From an uncultured bacterium (GTDB lineage: Bacteria > Chloroflexota > UBA5177 > JANWHV01): DNA of 64,000 nt. This document shows positions 42,411 to 53,070 of the stretch, one piece after another. The stretch covers positions 32,001-96,000 of the forward strand of contig CAVSOU010000011.1 in assembly GCA_963729625.1 (NCBI GenBank). The letters run 5' to 3'. The first letter of the stretch is position 1, and each line of letters opens with the position of its first letter. The notes under the pieces were generated by a model. It saw only the letters and a list, made by a program, of their open reading frames with translations, ran no database searches and was not told the origin of the DNA. Both the position numbers and the translations under genes were made by a program.

Positions 42411-42522
42411 ATGCGTGGAGACTTCACGATCGAGTCTGGGCCCAGCACAGTAGGTCAATCTGGTATAAACTAAGCTATTCGACCGGAATTATGTGGTATT
42501 TTTGCGAGAGGGGTGAAACACC

Positions 42523-44172
42523 ATGAACAGGGCTCGCTCGGTCGCTATCGCGGCCCTCATGCTCGTGCTTCCGCTTGGCGGAAGCTTGTCGGCGCACGGC
42601 TCCGTCCATGTCCGCGCGTCCGTGGACGCCGCGGCTCCGGTACGGGGCGGCACGGTCATCGACGGTCTGTACGAAGAGCCCACGTCGCTGATGCCGAACA
42701 CAGGCGTGACAGCCTTCAGTATCGGCGTGCAGGAGACGCTGTTCTCGCCGCTTTTCTATACCGACGGCGCCGGCAAGCTGCACCCTGGGCTTGCGGCAAC
42801 CATTCCGACATTGGCTAACGGCGGTATCTCGAAGGACGGCCTGACCTACACATTTGCGCTGCGATCGGGCCTGAAGTGGTCGGACGGGCAGCCGCTCGAC
42901 GCACGTGATGTGGATTTCTCGTGGCGAATGTGGACCTCCGCCGACGTGCTGGTCAATAGCCGTGTGGGCTTCGACGACATCAAGAGCGCAGACGTCTCGG
43001 CCGACAATCTGACGATCGCTTTCCATCTCAAGCGTGTCTACGTGCCTTTCCTCTCGATCTGGGTTGACCAGGTCATGCCGGTGCCGGAGCACGTGCTCAA
43101 AGGCCTTTCCGGGAAGCAAATCAACACGAGCAAGTTCCTCTACCAGCCGACCGTTGGCAGCGGACCGTTCGTTATTGCATCGCGCCACGCCGGCGCGGAT
43201 ATCGTCGAGAAACGCAATCCACATTTCTATATCGCCGGACGCCCATACCTGGACCAGCTGATCTTCCGTATCATCCCCGAGCAGACGGCGATTACCAACG
43301 CGCTCAGCGCCCACGAGATCGATGCCGCCTGGTTCCTCGACATCTCACAGGTGAGCACGCTGAAGAGCATCAGCGGCTACACGTTCCTTGCCGCCCCGGC
43401 GCCAAACTATGAGCAGGCAGTCGTCAACTTTGAGAATCCGACCCTGCAGGATGTTCGGGTACGCCAGGCGCTGGAATACGGGCTGGATCGTCCGGCCATG
43501 GTGAAAGATGTCTGGCACGGAGCGGCGCAGCTGATAGCCTCCGATCAGGTGTCTGCCTCGTTCTCCTACGATCCGGCCATCCAGCCGTATCCATACGATC
43601 CGGCCAGGGCTGCCAGGCTCCTCGACGAAGCAGGATGGAAGCTTGGCTCGGACGGTTATCGCCACAAGAACGGGAAGACGTTGAGCCTGCGCTGGTCGAC
43701 CACCGCGCACAATCAGTGGCGCGCGCAGGATGAAGCCATTGCTCAGCAGAGCTACAAGCAGATCGGCATTCAGCTGACGCTCGTCAATTACCCGGGCTCG
43801 ACACTCTTCGGCAGCATATTCCCGAACGGCAAGTTCGACCTCGGCGAGTGGGAGAACGGCATGGTGTACGACCCGGACAACACCATCGCCCCCTACTTCG
43901 GCAGCAGTCAGTTCGGGCCCAAGGGCAATAACTTCGGCCATTACGCCAACGCTGCGTACGACAAGCTGATCGCCGCGGAGGAGTCCACGTTGGATCCGGC
44001 AAAACGGAAGGTCATCTTCAGCCAGATGCAGCGCGTCATGAATCAAGATCTGCCGGCGCTTTGGCTCTATGGTCAGAACACGCCTGCAGAGCACCGGAAC
44101 ACGCTGCATAATTACGCGCCGGGGCCGTTCAGCTATGAGCTGTGGAACACGTGGGATTGGTGGAAGGGATAG
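42523..44172 (+). CDS. Peptide/oligopeptide ABC substrate-binding protein (family 5)
   Basis: Signal peptide, DGLTYTFALRSGLKWSDGQPL, VGSGPF, DVRVRQAL, LLDEAGW. Confidence 0.93.
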   Translation: MNRARSVAIAALMLVLPLGGSLSAHGSVHVRASVDAAAPVRGGTVIDGLYEEPTSLMPNTGVTAFSIGVQETLFSPLFYTDGAGKLHPGLAATIPTLANGGISKDGLTYTFALRSGLKWSDGQPLDARDVDFSWRMWTSADVLVNSRVGFDDIKSADVSADNLTIAFHLKRVYVPFLSIWVDQVMPVPEHVLKGLSGKQINTSKFLYQPTVGSGPFVIASRHAGADIVEKRNPHFYIAGRPYLDQLIFRIIPEQTAITNALSAHEIDAAWFLDISQVSTLKSISGYTFLAAPAPNYEQAVVNFENPTLQDVRVRQALEYGLDRPAMVKDVWHGAAQLIASDQVSASFSYDPAIQPYPYDPARAARLLDEAGWKLGSDGYRHKNGKTLSLRWSTTAHNQWRAQDEAIAQQSYKQIGIQLTLVNYPGSTLFGSIFPNGKFDLGEWENGMVYDPDNTIAPYFGSSQFGPKGNNFGHYANAAYDKLIAAEESTLDPAKRKVIFSQMQRVMNQDLPALWLYGQNTPAEHRNTLHNYAPGPFSYELWNTWDWWKG

Positions 44173-44318
44173 TTCCGGTCTGGCTGGGCCGTACAGGCTC
44201 CCCCGTTGGTAGCGGGTAAGTCTCGTCATTGAGTTCGGCGTCCCACAAGGGGACAATGGTGGCGCGGTGGCACGCGCCGGCAAACCCGCACGCTCGTCGC
44301 CACCTTCCGTAATTCCCG

Positions 44319-46108
44319 ATGAGGCAGGAGGTCGGAAACGTGCGTCGGTGGCTCGCATTGAGCGCGGCATGCGCGTTGGTCATCGCCGGCCTGGTTACCG
44401 GCGCGCGCGCCCGGGAGGCGCTGCGCACGACTGCCAATGCGCCGGTCGCCGGCGCCCCCGGTTGCCCGATCTTTCCCGCGAACAACGTCTGGAATGCGGA
44501 CGTGTCGGCGCTCCCGACGGCGACCAATTCCACGGCGATGATCGATTCAATCGGCGCTTCGACCGGGTTGCATCCCGACTTCGGCTCCGACCTCAGTTAC
44601 GGGATCCCATACAACGTGGTCAGCGGCACCCAGGCCAGGGTTCCAGTGACCTTCGACTACGCTGGCGAATCCGATCCGGGCCCGTATCCAATCCCTGCGA
44701 ATCCACAGATAGAGGCCGGCAGCGATGCTCACCTCCTGATCGTGGACAAAGACGCCTGCTATCTCTACGAGTTGTGGGACACCAGGCAGGTCGGCGGCCA
44801 GTGGCTCGCCGGATCCGGCGCCATCTGGAATCTTCAGTCAAACGCGCTGCGACCCGACGGCTGGACGAGCGCCGACGCCGCCGGCCTGCCGATCCTACCG
44901 GGCCTTGCTCGCTACGAGGAGGTAACCGCCGGCGTGATCGACCATGCGCTGCGATTTACCGCGAGTAACACGCGCAACATGCACATCTATCCTGCTCGCC
45001 ACGACGCCGGATCGAACAACGCGGCGTACCCGCCTATGGGCCTTCGCGTGCGGCTCAAGGCGTCAGTTTCAATCAGCGGCTTCACGCCGGATGTGCAGGT
45101 TGTGCTGACGGCGCTGAAGAAGTTCGGGATGATTCTGGCCGACAATGGCTCTAACTGGTACATATCCGGCGTATCCAATGCAGGTTGGAACGACAGCAAT
45201 CTCCACCACCTCAATCAAATTGTCGGATCGGATTTCGAGGTCGTGGACACAAGCGCGCTTGTCAACGGCCCGGATCCGGCCACGGCCACGCCGGTGGGCG
45301 GAGGCGGCCCGACCCTGACCTGGACGCCCACGCCCACACGGACACCAGTCCCGCCAACGTCGAGCCCATCACGCACCCCATCGTCGACTTCGACTGCTAC
45401 GCTCACGCCGGCAGCGTCGCCTACAGGCCCGCCCGCAACCTCGACCATGACCCCTCCAGCTCCCACCACGACATCAGTCTGCTACCGAAACGCGGACAGC
45501 CGTACCGGTTCCCAGCGCCACGCCGACGTCGACGCCTGCGATCACGACACTGACGGTGCCGATCGCGGCCGGATGGAATCTGATCACGATGCCCCTATCT
45601 CCTACCGTGGCGCTCTCGGCCGACGCTCTGCTGTCCGGCGTGCTGAATAGATCCGGCGGCAACTTCGCGGAGATCGCCGGATATCGCGGCGGGCAATGGA
45701 CCGCCCACCGTTACGACGACCGATCAGAAGGCCTCGGCTTCGGCGGTTCGGATGACTTTGCGCTGGGACTGGCCACGGGTTACGCGCTGTACAGCGACGA
45801 GGCGGCGAGCTTCGTCTTCAGCGGGCTGCCGGCAGGCTCCACGGCTGTGCCGCTTACCCCGGGATGGAACCTTGTCGGCTGCCCCGACGCTCTTGCTGGC
45901 AGTGTCCAGGCGTATGGCATCCTGTCCAGCTCTGGTCGCCCAGACCGGTGGCTATGCGGAGATCGATGGTCTGGCCGGTAGCGCATGGCGGCCGAGCGCC
46001 TACGACGATACTGTCGACGGTCGTAGCGACGGCCAGGCCAACTTCGCCGTTCTGCCGGGCGAGGGCTACGCGCTCTTTTCGACGGCTAGCGCGACACAAC
46101 CGTTGTAG
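44319..46108 (+). CDS. Secreted hypothetical protein: conserved-looking N-terminal domain, Pro/Thr linker, two GWNL repeats (frameshifts near 45480 and 45930)
   Basis: FPANNVWNADVS, RPDGWTSADAAGLP, IDHALRF; PT-rich linker; AGWNLITMP and PGWNLVGCP repeats. Confidence 0.7.
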
Positions 46109-47555
46109 GACGGCGCTCGTAAAGGACGATGTCGTCGTCCTGGGCGATGAGCTTCCACGCCGGATCGTGCTCTATGGCAGTGACGGCGCTTAAGCGCTTG
46201 GCCTCCGTCGCCGAACGCTCGTGCAGGTCGAAGAGCAAGACCTGGGCTTGCTCATACCCGGTGAAGAAGTGGGTGACCCAGCGGCGCTCTGTCAGGTGCG
46301 CGCCCATCTGATTGTCGACTGCCAGTGCCACGTCTGGAGGAACCATGGAGACGAGATGCTCCATGGCTCTTTCGCGCGGCCCCATGCTGAAGTTCCCGGC
46401 CACGAAGCCCTGCTGGCCCGGTAATGGCCCGATCAGCAGTCCCTCGATCACTACCGCGATCAACAGCATTGCCGAGGCGCCGAGCCGGTAGCCGGCGGGC
46501 AGCCGGCAGAGGCCGTTGACGGCGGTGGCGAAGAGCAGCGGGATCAGCGGGGCGGCGTAGTGGTAGTGAATGTCATACTGCAAGGGATAGGTGCTGAGCA
46601 ATGTATAGCCGATTGTCGGGACGATCAGCACGATCGACCGGCCGCCGAGAAGCGGGAGGAACAGGAGAGGAGCGAACAGAAGCGCGAGGTAGCCAAGCTT
46701 GTCCCCATTGAGAAATCGCGTCAGGTAGCTCAGGTCCACCGATCCATGTCGGAGCAGCCCGCCCTGATAGCGTCCCTCGAACAGGTAGGGGCCGCCCCGT
46801 ATGTGCGGGACGGCCCAGTATACTACACCGGCTGTCCAACCCAGGCCCAGCGCGACGAGAACGAGACCGGCGGCCCGGTAGCGCTTCTCGAGGAAAGCAT
46901 AGGTGCCGAACCCGGCAGTGATCAGCCCGACTTCTTCTTTGAACAGAAGGGCGATACAGAGCAGGACCACGGCGTGCCATGTCCGGCCGGCATCGAGACG
47001 CTCGATGGCCCAGGCGAGAAACGGCACCGCGAGGGCGATTTCGTGGAAGTCGAACAGGTTTGCGAATGCGAGCGACGGGTAGAGGAGATACGCGATTGCC
47101 AGGAGGACGGCAATGCGCTCGTCATCGGCTCGCCTTCCCGCAAGCAGATAGATGGGAACAGCGCCCGCAGCCAGGAACAGTGTCTGCAGAACGAGAAGGG
47201 TGTAGACAGACGGAAAGAGCAAGTCCGGCACGGCAAGCACGACGATACCGGGGCTGAAGTGCTGGCCAAGGAACACGTGATTTGCCTGGACGTATGGGTC
47301 CAGCGTATCCCAGAACCAGCGGCCATGCGCCGTGTTCCAGATCACTTGGTCGAAGATGCCGAGGTCGATGAGCGACGAGTGGTATGTAGCATGTTTGAGA
47401 CAACTCAGGACGGTCAGCGCCACACAGTAGACAAGCAGAGCAACGCACAGTAGCAGGCGAGGTTGTGTGCAGCGGGCTTTCAGTGACGTGCTCCTGCCGA
47501 CTCGGCATGCGGACCGAATCCAGTTGCAGATGATAGCCCCGTAGCGTCGATGCAA
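46086..47555 (-). CDS. DUF2079-like polytopic membrane protein; start uncertain
   Basis: DLGIFDQVIWN, HFSP, FDFHE, KEE, HYHYAAP. Confidence 0.8.
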   Translation of the reverse strand: MHRRYGAIICNWIRSACRVGRSTSLKARCTQPRLLLCVALLVYCVALTVLSCLKHATYHSSLIDLGIFDQVIWNTAHGRWFWDTLDPYVQANHVFLGQHFSPGIVVLAVPDLLFPSVYTLLVLQTLFLAAGAVPIYLLAGRRADDERIAVLLAIAYLLYPSLAFANLFDFHEIALAVPFLAWAIERLDAGRTWHAVVLLCIALLFKEEVGLITAGFGTYAFLEKRYRAAGLVLVALGLGWTAGVVYWAVPHIRGGPYLFEGRYQGGLLRHGSVDLSYLTRFLNGDKLGYLALLFAPLLFLPLLGGRSIVLIVPTIGYTLLSTYPLQYDIHYHYAAPLIPLLFATAVNGLCRLPAGYRLGASAMLLIAVVIEGLLIGPLPGQQGFVAGNFSMGPRERAMEHLVSMVPPDVALAVDNQMGAHLTERRWVTHFFTGYEQAQVLLFDLHERSATEAKRLSAVTAIEHDPAWKLIAQDDDIVLYERRPTTVVSR

Positions 47556-47571
47556 GCAAGGAGCAGAAGCA

Positions 47572-47892
47572 ATGCGTGCGATTCTCTACTACGTCGACGG
47601 CCCACGACCGTTGGAGCTGGCTGGCCTGGAGCGGCTGGTGTTCGAAGACCTGACCCTGGAGGATGCGCGGACACTGATGACAATTCCGGCTGCACGCGCA
47701 CCCGGCCTGCCGCTGGAGCCGGCGACCGTGCGCGGCCGGAGCTTCAATCGCCACGAGGACAACCGCGTCCTGATCCGCAATTCATGGGGCATCACCGACG
47801 TACATGTCGCAGCCAGGCAGCACGTTGTGACCATGTTGCTCCCGGCCGACGACCTGGAGACGCTCGAGCGGAGAGATCGGGAGCATGCCTGA
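47572..47892 (+). CDS. Hypothetical protein coupled to mutM
   Basis: AAGGAG RBS, 106 aa, stop overlaps the mutM start. Confidence 0.6.
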   Translation: MRAILYYVDGPRPLELAGLERLVFEDLTLEDARTLMTIPAARAPGLPLEPATVRGRSFNRHEDNRVLIRNSWGITDVHVAARQHVVTMLLPADDLETLERRDREHA

Positions 47893-48712
47893 GCTCCCGG
47901 AAGTTCAGACAGTAGTCGACCAGTTGCGAGTACGGCTCGATGGCAGCCGCTTCATTCCCGGTGGCACGTTTCTCTGGTCGGGCGCGGCGGGTTATCCGGA
48001 CGCCGATGAGCTGATCGCGCGCGTGACGGGCCGGAAAGTCGCGAGCGTCAGGCGTCGCGCAAAATACATCCTCATAGATCTTCATGACGACGTGCTGTTC
48101 GTCGTCCACCTGCGGATGACGGGCAATCTTCACTTCGCGGCTCCCGGCGATCCGGCCCACCGGTATTTGCGGGCGCGCTTTCCGCTGGACACTGGTGAGG
48201 AGCTGCGCTTTGCCGATATGCGGAAGTTCGGACGCCTCTACATCGGCAGTCTCGCCGAGCTTGACACGGCGATTCCCCTGGCACGGCTGGGTCCCGAGCC
48301 TCTTGACGATCGGTTCACGGCAGGAGTGCTCGGCGAGAGGCTGGCCGGAAGACGCGGGGCAATCAAGTCCGCTCTGCTCGACCAGGGGGTACTGGCTGGT
48401 CTCGGCAATATCTACGCCGACGAAGCCCTGTTCCGTGCTGCGATCAGCCCCTTGCGGCCGGCAGGCTCGCTTTCGGCCGGCGAGCTGGAGGCGCTTCATG
48501 CTGGTATCTGCGCGGCGCTCCGGGAAGCCCTTGCCAACCGAGGCACCAGCTTTCGAGACTATCTCAGCCTATCGGGCGAGCCGGGCGACAACGAGCCGTA
48601 CCTGCTCGTCTTTCGCCGGGCGGGCCACCCCTGCGCACGATGCGGGCAGCCCCTGACGCGCATCGTCGTGGGCGGCCGAGGCACACACTACTGTCCAAAT
48701 TGCCAGCTGTAG
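47885..48712 (+). CDS. mutM: Formamidopyrimidine-DNA glycosylase
   Basis: MPELPEV, HLRMTG, DMRKFG, GLGNIYADE, C-terminal CxxC...CxxC finger. Confidence 0.97.
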   Translation: MPELPEVQTVVDQLRVRLDGSRFIPGGTFLWSGAAGYPDADELIARVTGRKVASVRRRAKYILIDLHDDVLFVVHLRMTGNLHFAAPGDPAHRYLRARFPLDTGEELRFADMRKFGRLYIGSLAELDTAIPLARLGPEPLDDRFTAGVLGERLAGRRGAIKSALLDQGVLAGLGNIYADEALFRAAISPLRPAGSLSAGELEALHAGICAALREALANRGTSFRDYLSLSGEPGDNEPYLLVFRRAGHPCARCGQPLTRIVVGGRGTHYCPNCQL

Positions 48713-48954
48713 CGAGCTCATCCTTCGACCATCTCGTGCTTCTTGCCGGTGTGCGAGGCAGTGCTCGCCAGCCTCGCGTAGGGTGACGGGCCTCAGATTA
48801 CTCATTTAGCGTGACCGCGCCCGGCGGGGGCCGGTGACCTGCCCTGAATCCAGATTGGTAAGGGAAGCCGCAGCCGTGCACTGCTATACTGGCGCTGACT
48901 CCAGGAATCAAGTGAGTTTCTCCCCACCAGGACGCGGACCCCTCATGCTTCCGT

Positions 48955-49293
48955 CTAGCGGTAGCGGATTTCCAGCATGGTCACGCCTTGTTCGGTCCGC
49001 CACGGCCCGTGCCGCATCCCCGGGGGGCGGCACGCATACATGCCCGCGGTGAAGGTGGCGCCCAGGTTGAGGTCGGTGAGATCTCCGTCCAGAATGTAGA
49101 CTTCTTCCCAGTAGTCGTGGAAACGGACGCCCAGCGGGCTGCTGTCCGCGCCGGGCTCGTAGCGCTGCAGACCAGTGTAGGCGCCGCTGTCTGCGTCCTC
49201 CGCGAGAACCTGTGCCCAGATGCCGGGCACAACATCACTTGCCGCAACCCAGTCTCCAGACGGTCGATGAAACTCCAACTCAGGTTTTTCCAT
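48955..49293 (-). CDS. Cupin-domain protein (ChrR-like)
   Basis: HDYWEEVYILDG, YACRPPGMRHGP. Confidence 0.85.
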   Translation of the reverse strand: MEKPELEFHRPSGDWVAASDVVPGIWAQVLAEDADSGAYTGLQRYEPGADSSPLGVRFHDYWEEVYILDGDLTDLNLGATFTAGMYACRPPGMRHGPWRTEQGVTMLEIRYR

Positions 49294-50020
49294 CTATCCC
49301 TTTCCAATCCTCCGTGCCTTGCGGGTCGACGGTATTCGGGCGAGGACGCCACGCATTGTGTAGCTGGAACCGCGCAACGCACGGTGTCCTCGCCGGCCCG
49401 AGTCACGCACTGAATTGCACGAGCCTCTCAGTTCGATGCCCCACTCGACACCGCTCCAAACGGGTCCCCCTCCGGTGGGAACCGCTGCAGATTGGTCCAA
49501 AACGGCCCGGTAATTTACAGAACGTTAACAATTGAGGCATAGCGTGATAACATACTGGAGTTATACTAGCAGTACGTGGTGAGTGAATCACCATCAAACA
49601 CGGACCATATCCCCCGGTTCTGGCAGCGAATCGCTGCCAGTACTTATCTTCTCCGCGCCGTCTCTGCGCGCACCAGAGACGGCGCAACTGTGTCCGGTAC
49701 TTGCATCGCTCACTGACCCAGAAACCCCATCACCACCATGCCACTATTGCCTAAAGGACATGAAGTGTGGCAGACTGCACTGTGCATAGGTAGGTCTATC
49801 GGGTAGGTGTGCGAGGCTGGCAGGCGCCTCAAGGGCATTCCGCGTCTTTAAGGCAGGAATCCGCGAGGATTCCCCGATCGCCATCGAAGGGCGCGCTGGG
49901 CCGTTGTATACTGATCGGTGGTTGAAAGCTGGCCAGAGTTGCGGCTGTGACGTGCACAGCACAACATGGTGCGGTTTTGGCCGTAACACTGCTGAGTCTG
50001 GTTGATCGCTCGACGATACG

Positions 50021-51925
50021 ATGCAAGATTGCCAACGTGTTCCGTTAATCGATGATCGCGGCGAGCGGTCTGGGAAGGACTCGCCCGATCGCACGTCTGG
50101 CTCCAGTGTGGCTCAGACCGTCGACGTGAAGCGGCGAGCCGATCGCTTCTTGTTGTTGAGCACTGCAGTACAAGAACTGACAGCACTGCGCACGGTCCCG
50201 GAAGTGTGCGAGGTCCTGTACGCTCAGACGAAGCGCCTGACAAACTGCACGGTCTTCTATGTCGGTCTCTATTCGTATGAACGGCAAGAGGTCGAGATCG
50301 TGCTGAAGATGGAGCCCGGCGTGGCGTACCCACTCAGCTCCGTCCGGGCCGTGGAAACACTCATTGGCAAGGCGATTACGTCGAGGCAGGCATTTGTGCG
50401 CCACGCCGGCTCCCCGGTCGACCCGGAGCTGCGGCTTGCGCAGGACGCCATCGGCCCTCAGTCCGCCCTCTTCGTGCCCATGCTAGCCGGGGACCGCATC
50501 GTGGGAGCGATGTCGCCGCACAGCTACAAGGATCGCGCGTACGATGAGGACGACATCGCGATCGTGCAGGCACTCGCGAACCAGGCAGCTCAGGCGATTG
50601 AGAATGCGCGGCTCTTCGAGCAAACTCGCGCCTGGGCGTCTAAACTGGAAACGGCAGAGCGGCTCGGGGCCGACCTGCATCGACCGACCTCCGCCGGCGA
50701 GGTGGGCAAGACCATGGGCGAGGCTCTGAAGAACCTGTTGCCTCTGGACACCTTCCGGGTCATGTTGGTTGAAGACGATACGCAGGATCTGGTCGCATTC
50801 GAATACGGCGTGGCATCCGGCGGGTCGTGTGGCTTGCAGTCCACCGATCTGCGCGTGCACAAAGGGCAGGGCCCCGTCGGTCGGTGTGCCCGCGACGGCG
50901 AGACGGTGCTTGTCACCGTTGATGCAGATGGCGAACGACGCACCAGCTCTCAGCTTGGTCCTGCGTCCGAAGTGACATCGCTGGCGGCGCCGATGTGGCA
51001 CGAGAAGTCCCTGATTGGCGTGCTTGCGTTGACGAAGGAGGGCCGGGACCAGTACGACGCCGACCATGTCCGACTGCTGGAGCGTTTCGCCGACCACGCG
51101 GCGCTGGCATTAGCCAATACGCTAATCCTGGACAGGACGAACCAGCGTTTGGCCAAGCTCAACGAGCTCGATCAGTTGCGCAAGGAGTTCCTCTCGACCA
51201 TACGGCACGAGCTGCGCACGCCGCTGACCAGCATTGTCGGCTTCACTGAAACGCTCCTGCACTTCTGGGACAGGCTGACGATCCTTCGCCAGAAGGAAAT
51301 GGTCTATAAGATTCAGACGTCTTCTGCCCGCTTGCAGCGCCTGGTTGAGGATCTGCTGTCCAATTCGCGCATGGATGGCGCCACGCTGTCGCTAACGCTT
51401 GAGTCGGTCGACTTGGCATCGCAAATACGCCAATCGATAGTCGAAGTGACGACAAAGTATCGCGGCCAGATGGTGATTCAGGAAGCCCCCAAGGACGTCG
51501 TGTCGGTCTGCGCCGACGCGCATCGCGTGCAGCAAGTGGTCGTCAATCTGCTGGATAATGCCGCGAAGTACAGTCCGGAAGGGCGCCCGATCAACGTTCG
51601 CTGGAGCGTGATCGATGACTTTGCGCAGGTGTCCATTCAGGACTTCGGGCCGGGCATCGCTGAGAAGGACATGGGCGTCCTGTTCACGCGGTTCGGGAAG
51701 ATTGCACAGCCGATGCGTTCGGGCCAGTCGGGCACCGGCCTCGGCCTCTTCATCTCGCGCCAGCTCATCGAGGCTATGGGCGGCACTATTTGGGTGGACA
51801 CAGAGGAAAGTCGCGGCAGCACCTTTTCCTTTCGCTTGCCGCTCGTGCCCCATGCCGTGCAACGTGACGACGGTGACGGAGTGACCAGGTCCTCGGTACG
51901 GCTCGATCAGCGGAGTGCCGGCTGA
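50021..51925 (+). CDS. Cytoplasmic GAF-GAF sensor histidine kinase
   Basis: Two GAF domains, HELRTPLTSI, NLLDNAAKY, DFGPGI, GTGLGL. Confidence 0.93.
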   Translation: MQDCQRVPLIDDRGERSGKDSPDRTSGSSVAQTVDVKRRADRFLLLSTAVQELTALRTVPEVCEVLYAQTKRLTNCTVFYVGLYSYERQEVEIVLKMEPGVAYPLSSVRAVETLIGKAITSRQAFVRHAGSPVDPELRLAQDAIGPQSALFVPMLAGDRIVGAMSPHSYKDRAYDEDDIAIVQALANQAAQAIENARLFEQTRAWASKLETAERLGADLHRPTSAGEVGKTMGEALKNLLPLDTFRVMLVEDDTQDLVAFEYGVASGGSCGLQSTDLRVHKGQGPVGRCARDGETVLVTVDADGERRTSSQLGPASEVTSLAAPMWHEKSLIGVLALTKEGRDQYDADHVRLLERFADHAALALANTLILDRTNQRLAKLNELDQLRKEFLSTIRHELRTPLTSIVGFTETLLHFWDRLTILRQKEMVYKIQTSSARLQRLVEDLLSNSRMDGATLSLTLESVDLASQIRQSIVEVTTKYRGQMVIQEAPKDVVSVCADAHRVQQVVVNLLDNAAKYSPEGRPINVRWSVIDDFAQVSIQDFGPGIAEKDMGVLFTRFGKIAQPMRSGQSGTGLGLFISRQLIEAMGGTIWVDTEESRGSTFSFRLPLVPHAVQRDDGDGVTRSSVRLDQRSAG

Positions 51926-52255
51926 TACGCTGCCTCCTGCACGGCGTCGTAGGTGACACCGTCAACACAGATGAGCGTGCTTGGCCGCCGCAGCCGTCCG
52001 TGACCGCACGTCATGCCAGTGACATGTGTGCTCATCCATGACCGACTTGCCACCAACCTGACGGTCGGTTATGAACGTAGAGTTGCGCTCACGGGACCGC
52101 AGTCAGGCACCCACCGCGGTGGGTGGGGCTTCCCTGCTGCCGCGGCTTCAGGCTTGGGTCGTGTCGCAACCACTGCACGTCGACAGACCAGCAGTCCGAC
52201 ACTGCCGGCATGTACTGTCCCGCCGGTGCGGCCGGCACAGCAGAGGAACCGGCGA

Positions 52256-52987
52256 TCAGTGGCCGCAACTCCCTACGCACGTGTGCATGTTCTCCACCAC
52301 CTTGACGATGGCCGGCGTGACGAACAGCGCAGGGAGAAAGTTGCCGATCCGGAGTTGAACGATCTTCAGCAATTTGAAGCCAATGGCAATGATGATCAGA
52401 CCGCCAACCGCCGACATCTCGGTGACCATCGATGTGTCGACCACGTGTTCGAGCAGCCCCGCACCCAGACTCAACGCTCCCTGGAAGATGCCAATGGTGA
52501 CAACGGACAGCAGTACGCCCCAGCCCAACACACTGCTGAACGCGAAGGACGAAAATCCGTCGAGCGTGGCCTTGAACACGAGGCTTTGATTGTCGCCGGT
52601 CAGGCCGTTCTGAATCGAGCCGAGAATAGCGAGCGGGCCAACGCAGAACAGCAGGCTGCTCGTGACGAATGCTTCGCTCAGGCTGCTGCCGTCGCTGCCG
52701 AAACGCCTCTGGATGCGGTCGCCGAAGCGCTGCAACCCGCCGTCAATGTCCAGTGCCTCGCCGATAAGCGATCCCACGAGAATGCCGCCGAGGACGTAGA
52801 GCGCGTTCTTGGTCTGCTGGCCATTGAGGATGCCCAGCATCAGCGCTGCAAGTCCGAGCGCTTGAAGTATCACCTCCTGAAAGCGCTGTGGCATGCGCGC
52901 CCCGACCAAGCGGCCGAGCACGGTGCCAACCGTAACGGTGGCCATGTTGATCAGCGTGCCGCTGGTCGCGTCGAGTGGGCTTATCAT
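52256..52987 (-). CDS. DUF554 (YqgA-like) membrane protein
   Basis: GTLIN, LLFCVGPLAILG, KATLDG, GNFLPAL. Confidence 0.9.
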   Translation of the reverse strand: MISPLDATSGTLINMATVTVGTVLGRLVGARMPQRFQEVILQALGLAALMLGILNGQQTKNALYVLGGILVGSLIGEALDIDGGLQRFGDRIQRRFGSDGSSLSEAFVTSSLLFCVGPLAILGSIQNGLTGDNQSLVFKATLDGFSSFAFSSVLGWGVLLSVVTIGIFQGALSLGAGLLEHVVDTSMVTEMSAVGGLIIIAIGFKLLKIVQLRIGNFLPALFVTPAIVKVVENMHTCVGSCGH

Positions 52988-53070
52988 ATTGCCCAAGCAT
53001 AGCAGAGGGAGAATGCCCTCTGGCGACCACCTGGAGCGCCGGTGAGCCCAGTAGCCTTCGCCGATCCGAT

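Noticed and set aside
42233-42414. tmRNA, SRP RNA or tRNA
   Set aside because: No T-loop (GTTCRA) or CCA acceptor end, no SRP GGAA/AGCAG domain IV motif, and too short for tmRNA.
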